From Klebsormidium nitens (Eukaryota; Plantae; Klebsormidiophyceae): a DNA stretch of 64,000 nt. Under the pieces are notes generated by a model. The model was given only the letters and a program-made list of their open reading frames with translations. It was not told the origin of the DNA and ran no database searches. The stretch lies in the NCBI GenBank assembly GCA_000708835.1, contig DF237114.1:99624-163623 (forward strand). The letters are read 5' to 3'. Below are positions 33,901-45,359 of the stretch, in pieces. A program made the translations under genes and the position numbers. How positions within the stretch are numbered: the stretch's first letter is position 1; each line of letters begins with the position of its first letter.

Positions 33901-36900
33901 TCCGTTGCTGATTGTGCCGGATTTGCTCAAAGACGGCAGGTTCCACAAGAACAATCTGGTGAGCCATCTGCCATGGGCCTGATCCGAGTCTTGGTCCGAC
34001 TTCTGCACCGGGATCCCGTCTGCATCACAAGATCATTCTCCATCCAAATGAGATCTCTGCTTCAATCTTCTTGCTGCAGTGAGTCCTCATCCTAGATTCA
34101 GGTTGCTGCTGACTTCCTCAGACATAAGTAACTTTGCTGCTGTTGTGTCTTGAGGTTCTTCCTTTCTTGGGTCGCCGCCTTCCAGGCCCGCTTGCAATCA
34201 TGACGCTAACCTGTTATCCCCGACAAACCCATGGTCAACCACTCGAGGCAACAGCTTTAAGTTCACTCATGCATCTTGCAGAGGGAGGGCTCAGCTTTGC
34301 GATCCTGCCTTGTCACAAGGGAAGCATATCGACAAGCATTTGTTTTTGTCGTTACAGGTCGTCGGGGGCCCCAAGTTTCGATTCTACTGCGGCGCGCCCC
34401 TCCTGACGGAAGGCGGTTACATCATTGGGACTCTGTGAGTAATTGGATCCTGGTGCTTGCATCTTGACAGCAGCCTGCGTGGATTCTTGCAAAATGAGAT
34501 AGCAGGCAGAAGAGACCCCTATGAATCTTGTCGAAGTTTGGAGGATCCACTAAGCAAGCAGAGGTTCACAAAAGAAGTCCAGCACGGAGGATTTCCGCAT
34601 CGGATAACGAACTCATGTGATGCTAAGCGGATGCGTTCCGCTTGTTTTGCAGGTGCGTCCTCGACTTCCAGCCAAAGGTGTTCACCAAGGCGGAACAAGA
34701 GATGCTGCTGGCACTCTCGAAACTGGTAGTCATGGTACGTTCAAGGTTTCTAGATTGGAATCGACGAGATTGGCAAGCCCTTTTGTATACTGGAGAGCCC
34801 TGCTTGGCGTACGCTCATGCGCTCTAGTCTCTAACCCTTTGCTGCACATGATGCGCTCAAGTCTCTAACTCCGTTATGGGTTTATTAGAAAGGGGATCGA
34901 CCATCCCGCATGTTGGACGTGGGGAACCTTAGAAGACCCGAAGAACGCAGGGGCTATGAGCAGAGTCACTGCTTATCAATTCAAGCTTCGTCACCGCAAC
35001 TTCGGACGGTACCTTTGAGAAAGCCGATTCATTAAGGCCCATGCCCGCATCGCCAACGCTTTTCAGGATCTAACTGGCCAGCTTCACGGAGAAGAAGAAC
35101 ATCAAGGCTCGGTAAGTCGCTCAAAATGCCTCCGCCGTCAGATGGTGACTTGAATTGGCCTCACCTGTGTGTGTAACTCTCCTCTTCTGCAGGAGATCGA
35201 GAAGAATACTAAGGCCAAGGAATTGCAGCGGCTCCAGACGGAGCGCTTCGACCAGGACAAGCGGGGCCTGCTTCAAGCCATAGGTGCGTTTCTTGCTTCC
35301 CATGACCCATTCTCTGCGTGATACTGTTTTGTCTCCTAGAACTGCTACCTTTCTATGCCGTTTTGCTTCTGATTCGATCAGGCTGGATATTGGCGGGCTG
35401 CGATCAAGACTTGAATGTGCCAATCACTGGCAGACGTTTCTATTTTCGCATATACTTCCGCCTGTACCCTTCGAAGAACCGGATCCCAAGTGGTCCTTAT
35501 GATCTGAAGAAACTCGGTTTGCATCACTCTCGTTCAACCTTTCAATCTAGGGTCATTTACCAGGATTGGTACAGCAATAAAGAGGTTAGAATCTGTTACT
35601 GCGTTATAATAGCACGCCAAACGTCATGTCAAAGTGACTGAATACATCCTTCTCTAATGTTGCGCAGACGCGTTTAGCGAAGGGCTCGTGCTCTGCGACG
35701 CCGCATCTCCAGGCCAACCGATCGTCTTTGCAAATGAGGGCTGGGAGAAGATCACCGGCTACACGTTGCAGGAGGTTATTGGGCAACCGTCCAGCACGTT
35801 ATTGCAGGTAAGGGAAGGCTTTCGGCAACAGAAGCTGTAGGCATTTGAGCAACGAGAAAAAGTTGTCTCTGTGGAGCTGTCGGCACAGTGATTCGGTCCG
35901 AGATGACGTAGTCGAAAACAGAAACTAAGGACAAAAATGATTCTCACCGATTTGATGTTCAAAAAGAAGCAGCGGAAAGCTGATTGAAAGGTATTTTTCA
36001 CCGAGAGTCTTTCTAAGAGGCAGACTTGTGTCAAAACGAAGCCTTCCTGCTATAATCGTTTCCAGAATGCCAATTGAAATGATTCACCAAAATACCGAAA
36101 CGAACGCCATTGTCAGTTGACATTCTGAAACGACCACTCTTCTGATCATGCCACGGCTTACCTTTGCAGGGTCCGCTGACGGAGCAGAAAGACGTGGACG
36201 CATTACAGAAAGCGTGCGAGCTTGGCATCGAGGCGTCGGTGGAAATTCGGAACTACTGCAAGGACGGCACGCCTTTCTGGAACTGGTTGCGCATGCGGCC
36301 CGTACACGACAAGGCGATCTTTGCGGGCGATGGAGCGCCAAAGCCGGACAGCAAGTGAGGGAATCTTGAGGAGACGTGCCACGATCCGTGTTTGGCTGCG
36401 ATCAGAGTCACCGGATAGGAGTTGGCTACTGGATGGAGTATCATGTGCGCAGCAGGTTCTTTGAAGTGCAAATGACAGCTGCCGCATGCGCGATTGGATC
36501 ATTGAATGACCTTTTGCGAGGAATTTATCTCTGAGCGTGTCGGGAAATCTGCATGGTCCGTCATGTTTTTCCTTACTGACTCGAGTGAGAGCTCGTGGTC
36601 CAATCATAGGAGGCCACTCCTTCAGAGGGCTCGAGGCTGCCAGACTGAAGGAACTCTAGGTGTCATCCTTTTTAATTGATGCAGTATCCCCGTCATTAGC
36701 AGAGGACTCCATTTTGCAACTATACTTCTCAAAAAAGCTCCGAATGAGATTCAGGACGAAAGATGTCAGATGTGACTCCTCTGTCCATGACAGAATCGTT
36801 TCTGACGCTCCAGTCCGTTCCAATCTCAGATACTATTACGGCATCCTGTCCGATTGCACCGTCCGCAAAGAGAAGGAGCTGGAACTAGAGACGCGGCGCA

Positions 36901-39900
36901 TCCGGGAGATGGAGATCGAGGCCGCTATGCGAGCCAAACGCTCCTTCGTCACCAACGTCAGCCACGAGATCAGGACGTAAGGGCTTTCTCTGTTTTGCCG
37001 CTTGCTTGTTGAGTCCCGGAACCAGAACGCAGTGAAACGCAGTGAAACGCAGTCCGGTTCCATACGCACGTAAGGCCTCGACACTCTGGAGGCTGAATGA
37101 CCGGAGAGTGTGTCCTTTCAACTTCTTCGACACCGCTTTTGATGTTCTGCAAGGGGTTCTATCCCTTAGGATCCGCAAGATTGCTTTTGCGACAGATCCT
37201 GTCGTCTGGCTATGTCAGACAATCAGGACCTTGGCTCAGGTCTAGTTTCTGAGAATCGTAAGACTTATGCCAGTCAGCAGACTTTTCAAACCCGACCCTA
37301 TGCGTCACTGGTGATACTTAGGTTGTGCGTCTAGCGCAATTTTCTTGGCCTCCAGTGTTGCCTTTATAGTACCGATAGGTAGGAGGTACGGTACTTTTCA
37401 AGCCATACTACTCCTCTGGTATGTACCGTTGGCTACCACGTGGATCTGAAAAGCCATCCGATTGGCTGAGAATCTGGAAAGCTCTTTTGCACCTTTTCGG
37501 TCGACGCGCACCCTTACAGCTTCATGACACTTCTTGCAGGCCTATGAACGCCATCATTGCATGCAGCCAGTTGCTGCAGGTAAGCAATCTCCGTCCACGA
37601 TCCGGTTTCCTTCCTGCCTCTGACTGCAGTACCTGAAAAACTTCCTTTTTCAGCCGCTTTTGATTTCTTGTCGTTACACAACTTGCTTGATCCTATAAGC
37701 GAACTGTTTGAGAGAAGCAGCGGGTTTGGTTGTTGATAACAAAACTTTCACGAAAGGCGACGTTGTCTGGTTCCTGATCCACTCCATCTGTCCGGTCTGT
37801 GGGAGATGACCTCTGTCACGTTTCACCACTCCTCAGACATGGGCCTCTTTTGCTCGTTACTTTTGTACCCAGTCTGTTGGTTCCCACTCTGCTCGTTAAC
37901 AACAGTCGCTCAACTGAATGAACCCTTTTCGTCTTCAGGAGTCGGCCCAGCTATCGGACGCACAGCGGGAGCTGGCACAAATGATCAACGGCTCTGGGCA
38001 ACAGCTGCTGGCGCTGATCAACGACATCCTCGACTACAGCAAGGTAAGGCAGAACTTCGGGGAACTCGCAGAAGATGCCAGCAAACTGCATCGCTTTGCT
38101 TTTGCTGAACTTGCGTCCTTGATTTGTGTTGACTAAGTCATCTCGAAGTGGTCAAATCACAATCCTTCAAATCCATCAGTCTTCAAAGAGTGCTCCGCCG
38201 TCCGGTACGGAGACACAAACAGTTCTACCCAAACAATGGACAGGCATCGTCACACCTGCGGCTCGGCATCCTCTCCTTACGCAGGTTCCTCTTACTTAAT
38301 TTTCCGTGGATGACCGCTACACAGTCATCTTTTCGTTCGTGCTCAGCTCGCAACGTCGTTGCTTCCCCCGTCCCCATCCTCAAACTCGAGCTTCCAACCA
38401 AACAATCTCCACTTTTAGGCAGATGCAGAGATTGCAAGAGTGCAACTTTGTTGTGCTCCCCTTTCGAATCAGGAATCTGCAGCTATAGCGGTCCTTTTAA
38501 CATTTCCATGTTATTTTCTTTGCAGTTGGACGCAAAGAAGATGAAGATGACTCAGCGCGAGTTCAACCTGTGGGGTTGCCTCGACTTCTGCATGGAGATG
38601 GTTGTGCTCAAATGCGAACACAAGGGGCTCGACCTCTCCTACTCTATGGACCCCAACGTGCCCAAGTGAGGACTGACTTGCTTAGCCAACCCTAAATCCT
38701 GAATACCAAGACGCATATTTCAACACCCTAGTTTCAGAAGTAGGATGTGAATCAATAGCAGTTGCGTCTCTATTAAGTCTTTCTGAAAGTGAGTTGTTGA
38801 TCCCATGGGAGAGAACGAAGGTTTTGACCTTTCGTACGGTCAGGTCCAACCCAGCCGTCGAAACGTCCGGCAGGCGGACGAAATTTAACCCCTTATCGTT
38901 ACCTTCCCAACCTGTAAGTTAACCCAATTCTCCTCAGCCCGTCTCTTAACCACAAGTCCTCTCGCCCTAACCCACTGTTTTTGTGTCTCCCTGCAGTTGG
39001 ATCTGGGCGGACGAGATCCGGATTCGCCAGATCATCACCAACCTCCTCAGTAACTCCGCCAAGTTCACGAACGAGGGGGGACAGATCGAGATGACGGTTA
39101 GTGCTAAACTCTGCCGGCGGCCAGGCAACCCAGCCCCCGAGAGCGAGACGGACTCGCCGCGGGCCTCCCCGCCCCCGCACGAGGAACTGCCGGCGTATGA
39201 CGTCACTTTCGCGGTGCGCGATACGGGGATCGGGATGCCGAAAGCGTTCCAGGCGGTGTTGTTTGAGGCGTTCACGCAGTGCGACAATGCACGGACCAAG
39301 CGATACGAAGGTGAGGGTTGACCGTTTTTGGAAATCGTTCTCATTGCCACTTCCATCGATACACGCTTCTGAATTCAGGGTGTGGCTGGTGTCTGTTTGG
39401 CGACTGGACCTGGGTTGCGGGAAGGGGTCTGGCCTCTCTTGTTCCTCCTTTTTGAGCATTAGAAAAGACTCTGGTCTCGATTGAACACTAGCATTACCAG
39501 TCGTTGTCTGACTAGGCAGCAGCCTCACCCTGGCAACATTCAAAGGCGGTCGTTACACGTCAACTTCTACCGCGAGATCTGGATACGAACTTTGACCCCC
39601 CTCTAGTTGTTCATCTTTTGAGCGTTGATCCAAGAAGCAGCAAAGAGCTCTTTCTCAGACCAAGAAGACTGATTAGGACTTCTGACCGTTTCCGCAGGCA
39701 CCGGCCTGGGCCTGGCAATCTGCAAAGAGCTGGTCGAGTGCATGGGCGGCCGGATGTGGGTCGAAAGCACCGAAGGCGTCGGGAGCACGTTCTTCTTCTC
39801 GATCCGCGTCCACGGCTCTGACATCGAAACCCAGGGCGAACCTAGAGTTATCGCTAACCTCCCCCCGGGAAAACCGCCGACTCCCCTGACCGGGAGCCGT

Positions 39901-42900
39901 GCGCTCTTAGTGGGCGCGAACGAGTCGTTCCAGAAGATGGTGACGTCAGTCGTATCGTCCTGGGGGGTAGAGGTGGAGTTTGCGCGGACCACCGAAGAGC
40001 TGAGGAAGAAGATGGACGGGGCGGGTTTGGGAACGGGTTTGGGAGAAACCCCACCGGGTTTGCCGGAGATCAGTCCGACGGGTGAGGGGATGCGCGCACG
40101 GGAGGGCTTCGCGTGGCCGGAGGAGGACACGGAGCGAGAGGCGCTGGAAGAAGCGTTCCAGTTCGCGCACTCAACGGACTTTGAAAGCGATGCGCCGCTG
40201 CGTGATGCGGCAATGCCCAAAACCGCGGGAGCTTCGGGGTTAGCCGGAGCGGTTTGCTCAACCGAGCGCGTTGGAGGAGACTCCAAAGAAAGCGGCGGGG
40301 AATCAGGGGACGACAGGGCGATCCTGCGACGGCTGCCATCTCTAAAGCTGTCGGTCGGCGGTCCGTTCGATGTGGTCATCGTCGATAGCATGGTGTGTTC
40401 AACTGAGGGCGAGGATCCGGCAAAGCGGGAGCGAGCGACGGAGCTGATGCGACTGGGGTGCGAGTGCGGCGCGAAAGTGCCGACGGTGCTCCTGGCGACG
40501 AAGCATGAGCAGGAGCTGCTGGCGGGCTCAAAAGCAATCGTGAGCAGACAGTATTCCTGAAGTCCTTTCGATTTACAACATTCTTAGAGCTCTCGGTTCT
40601 CTTGGGAGTTTCGAAAGTTGTTGGAAGCAGCAACCTTCGGGCAATTCAACCAACTCGATTCTCCTTACGGATGCCATGCCTGCTGCTAAGTTCTGGGCTC
40701 GCACGCTCAGTTAAGTGCTTCAAGTGAGAGCCGCTGGACTTAGTTGCAACTTGAGATGCGCAGGACTCTTGTGCAATTTCTTCTGGCTTGTTCCCATCCT
40801 TCAATAACGTGGACCGGTATTTTGGTGCGGTGATATCAGAGCCTCCGTTCTCCGCCAAAAAGATAGACCTCTTCTTCCGATCACAAACCTCAACTTGACC
40901 GTCTGCTCCTTGTCTTTTACAAAAACTCGCGACTGGGCTTTCGCGGCTGCTCTGCTTCAGCACGTGCTTGATTACAATTCCAAGGAGTTCCCCCTCCCAT
41001 GGGAAGTGGGGGGGAAAGGTTTAACCCATTGACGGACTTCTCCCCAGCCGCAGTCTCTTTCCTCTTTTCCCTCCTTAATTCGAGTCTGTTTCCTCCCTAT
41101 CCACACTCTTTCCCCTCTGACCACAGTCCTTTTCTGCAGAACGGTGTGACGGTTCTGTCGCGTCCGGTCCGGATCAACGCGTTGTACGCCGCCGCTCTCC
41201 TCGCTCTCATCGCCCCCCTGGTTCAGATTTTTTCTCTCTAACCCCAAAGTCTCCCGGCTCTAACCGCCATCCTTTTCTCCGCAGAATGTTGTGACGGTTC
41301 TTTCGCGCCAGTCCGGATCAACGCGTTCTACGCCGCAGTTCTTGCTCTCATCGCCCACCTGGTTCAGATTTCCTCTCTGTAACCCCAAAGTCTCTCGGCT
41401 CTAATCGCCATCCTTTTCTCCGCAGAATGGTGTGACGGTTCTTTCGCGCCCGGTCCGGATCAACGCGTTCTACGCCGCACTCCTCGCTCTCATCGCAAAC
41501 CTGAAGCCTAAGACGCCCATCACGGCCAGCAACGCAGCGGCCGCACTCAGCGACGCAGGGAAGGACTCGTCGCTGCGCATCTGCATCGCGGAAGATAACC
41601 CGGTCAACCAACAGGTACATGCCGATTTTATTCTCGCACACCTTTCCTTACGAAGGTTGAGTCTGTTTTGCTTGGGGTGCAGACTCGTAGCTTGATTTGG
41701 CCTTCAATCCCTCTGTTAGAGATGCTTAGTCGGACCGCTCATCCTGGTGCGTTCTTTGCCGGCCTTGACATGGGTCTCTTGAACTTCATAAAAGGAACTT
41801 CTTGAGGTCGGGTTCGGGTTCGTTTTGGTTCCGGTTCGGCGTTCGCTCCGACTTCCTGCAAAAGGTTTCCAACCTTCGGCTTGGCGTTTACCCAACAACA
41901 CTCGAAACTCTGGATCCACGTAAGCGGTCAGTGTCCCTTTTCAAGAGTGTGCTCTCCCAAAGTATTGGTCCGCGTGCTCCGCCCGTTCTGACAGATGGCC
42001 TCTTCTCTTCCCACCAGGTCTTGACCAAGCTCTTGAAATCGTCCGGGTACGAAGACGTGCGCACTGCGGGGACGGGGCTCAAGCTGCTGAAGCTGTTGCA
42101 AGAGGGGCCGGCGGACGTCGTTCTGATGGACGTGCAGATGCCGGAAATGGACGGGTTAACCGCATCGGCGCGGATTCGGGTAAGGAATGCAACATTTTAT
42201 TTTGGGTGAAGAAGGTATCTCCTGGTCGGGTTAAGAGGTTGTGTTAGCCCTTCTTGAGGTTTCTTAGACTTCCAATGGACGTCCAGGCGCCGAAAATGGA
42301 CGGGCTGACTGCGTCGGCGCGGGTATGGGTAAGAATCGCGACCTTTTATTTTTGGGTCAAGAAGGTACTCTCTGGTCGGGTTAAGAAGGTTGTGCTAGCC
42401 CTTTCTCTGTTTCCTACATTTTTATGGACGTCCAGATGCCGGAAACGGACGGGCTGACTTGCGCCGGCGCGGAACCGGGTAAGGAACGCGACCATTACGT
42501 CCTCTTCGGGTTAAGAAGGTGTTTCTGGTCGGGTTAAAGGTTATGTTGCACTTTCTTGAGGTTCTCTACATCACAGAGGGACGTCCGGACGCCGGGGGTG
42601 GACGGGCTGACTGTGTCGGCCCGGTTTGGGTATTGGGGTTGCGACCGGACGGGTTAAGTTAACCCTTTTTCTGACGTCTTTCTCAAACCCTTTAATACCA
42701 AGCTGACCGCTTCGCACGACTTTGATGGGAAACAAATGATGATATTCCGTTCGGTGTACTCTTCCTTATAAACTGATACTCGACTCGATTCTTTTTTGAT
42801 TCTAATTTACGAGCAAGTTGCCGGACAACCCCAGGATTTCACAAGTCCTAGAAACCGAAAACCTAAAGACTTAATCTTGTTTCTTGTTGCAGGCGCTCTA

Positions 42901-43514
42901 TCCCGAGGATCGACGGCCTCTTGTGGTTGCTCTGACGGCCGACGTTGGGCCCGACATTCAGAAGGAGTGCCGCGAATCCGGCATGGTGAGCTCATGCCTA
43001 GACTACCACATTGATTCTTTGATTACTTTTGCGGATCTGCACGGATCGATGCTTCTGAGGGCAATCCGAAAGCTAACCCTTTTGATGATGGATCGCAAGT
43101 GCCCGAGAATGGAAAGCTATTGCCAACTGCGTCGGAAGGGCTAATATTATTCTGGTCGTCGGAAGCTCGTGCGAGAACATTGTGTTCCCCGTCAACATCC
43201 TGCTTTGGAAAACTACATGTGCTCTCGTTTGTTTCCCGTCGATGGGCTGTCACAAAGGGTTACTTGCTGGACACTTCCTTGATTAGTAGCTTACCGCTGA
43301 AAGAAAGCTTCACCTCGGATGAAGCAAGATCACGTGGGGATCATTGAAGCTGTAGTGCCCACAAAGTCGCTGACTCGAACCCTCTTTTCTGCAGGTGTCC
43401 TATTTGTCAAAGCCCATACAGAAGTCGGTGCTGGAAAAACTTCTCTCCATGTGTGTGCATCTCAAATCTCGGCCAAAGGGCCAGGCGTTCGTTAAATGGT
43501 TCGATGTAATCTAG
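30914..43514 (+). CDS. Hybrid sensor histidine kinase: GAF, LOV-like PAS, HisKA, HATPase, degenerate receiver, receiver; 1173 aa. 21 exons: 30914-31096, 32083-32385, 32836-32904, 33190-33243, 33512-33633, 33895-33958, 34358-34434, 34653-34734, 35193-35283, 35668-35807, 36170-36354, 36830-36976, 37540-37579, 37939-38043, 38526-38665, 38997-39310, 39698-40539, 41426-41614, 42018-42179, 42893-42985, 43395-43514
   Basis: All 20 introns are GT-AG and in phase (total 3522 nt). GAF: [36 protein letters not shown]: [26 protein letters not shown]-box SHEIRTPMN, N-box [11 protein letters not shown]1 DTGIGM, G2 [11 protein letters not shown]: [26 protein letters not shown]. Confidence 0.88.
41110..41500 (+). 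repeat. Triplicated acceptor plus exon-18 start (periods 145 and 141 bp)
   Basis: tttct(g/cc)gcag|aa(c/t)g(g/t)tgtgacggttct...ggatcaacgcgtt...ctctcatcgc recurs with exon-like starts at 41140, 41285 and 41426. Confidence 0.95.
42125..42650 (+). repeat. Quadruplicated exon-19 end plus donor (period ~150 bp)
   Basis: ggacgt.c.g..gccg....ggacggg...ac.g..(t/c)cggc.cgg...gg|gta recurs at ~42127, 42276, 42424 and 42579, with shared intronic tctggtcgggttaa. Confidence 0.92.
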
Positions 43515-45359
43515 ATGAGATGGAAAGTGACGTGGACGAAACACCAAAAGGGTTTAGCTTAGTGTGAGCTCCTGGAAGAGAAGGGCACCTATGCCCCTAG
43601 TTGTGTACTTCGAAGAACCGTGTTTAGGTTTTTGACAGTCACCTCTGCTTGTATGGGGATGCAAGTATGAAATTTATGTGACGGTAGTAGTTGACGTTAG
43701 ATAAAGACGGTAAGGTAGAAAGCAATCTGGTCATAACACATCTCAGGGCACTCTCGAAATATCTGATCTGAGCGCGAAGATGCGTCTCTGACAATAGTTC
43801 GTAGATTTTTTTTAGTGTTTTTAGAGTAATTGGAGACAATAGCCACCGGCCAGCTGCAGGTGGATCTCCTATGAGTTTATGCAAGCTAGTAAGTTAGAGC
43901 AGCGTGTTGACAGCCCTCTAGTCTACTATTACGTAGCTGGGGCAATGTTTCGAAGGAAACAAACACCTTTGGATTCTGATAGTGGGGTATGGTGTACGAT
44001 AACGGTCAGATTCAAAAGGATTCAAGCTAGCTTTATTGAAAGATCTAGCCACCAATCTGCAAAATGCGTTCATAATCACTGAGCTTATCTGGGGTCCGGT
44101 TCATTGTTCCGATCAGTATTCAGTGGCAGCCGCGCTACCGTGCAGCATGCGCAGCTGCTCAGCGCTGTGACGATCTTGACTGAGTCTGTGGTCCGACTTC
44201 AGCCCGCGAACCATCCAGCGGCAAGCGATCGGACTGATTCGAAATAGTGCATGTGGCCGGCCGCAGGCTCTTGCGCTCGACGTTCAGACCAGCGCTTGCA
44301 AGTCGAATAAGAGGTAACCACTGTCGATTTTTATCATATTGATATGATAGCTTGCGTATGAAGTCAACGTACGATCGAGACTCAGCCTGCTGAATCCTCT
44401 GGTCGGACGTACCCAGCGCTACTGTGTGAGTCATGCTGTCCAAATATAAATTGGCTGCACTGACGCTCGCGAGTGCCATGTTATGATATTGCCGTGAGAA
44501 GTTTCAATCCAATCCAGTTCCCCGCAGCTTGCAAGTATTATGATAAATTGAATGATTGAAATTCAATCAAGATGCAAGCACTTACACCGTATGCAATGAT
44601 GATACACTCGCCGAATCGGCGTCTATCCCGGGCGGCGCCTTACTTGCTGTAGGCCTTCGTGTCATACGGAAGCGCCAATGATCCAATTAGTCCAATTATG
44701 TAGTGTGCATTGGCATGCTTATAAGGCCGCCGTTGACAAGCTTCCGCTCTCGCGCTTGGCTTCAACTAAAACGACGTGGCATATAGCCCGATATATTGTT
44801 GATAGGTTGCTCTCAGGCTTCTCGTGTCACTTGACTGGCATGCACAGGATATGGTATCGGCAGTGGAACCTGACTGTACAATGATCCTGGATGGGAGCTG
44901 CGCCCGCGCCCCGTGGTGTGCGACAATTATCTATGCAATCTGCTCAGAAATATCCCCCAAGGTAAAAGTGCTGGGCCTGAATAGGAGTAACGTAGAAGTA
45001 ATGAACAGGCTGGCGTTCCTTCCTTGCGTACTGGGAGGTTTCAGATCTGACACGGGCGTGTCAGTTTCTTAAATTTGCATCAACATTGTTAAGTGCGTAC
45101 AAAGCTTTCACCAATGCACGGTGCGATTGCGCACCAAGCAGCGAACCTCAAAGTTAGAGACGTTGCCGACGATCACGGGGAATGAATGCGTTCTTGCAAC
45201 AAGTTAGTGTAATTGCTGACGTGTCACTTTCGTGGTGGTACTCACTTCACACTTCCTTTCCAGCGGACCCATGTGCCAATAGTGGACCAATCAGCGTGCG
45301 CATACTCTAATCGCTGTAGTGAGACCCAAACGGTTAATGTGATCAGCGCAAACAAGTCT

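Noticed and set aside
40646-40963. 105-aa minus-strand ORF inside kinase intron 17
   Set aside because: No recognisable motif and no splice or start support.
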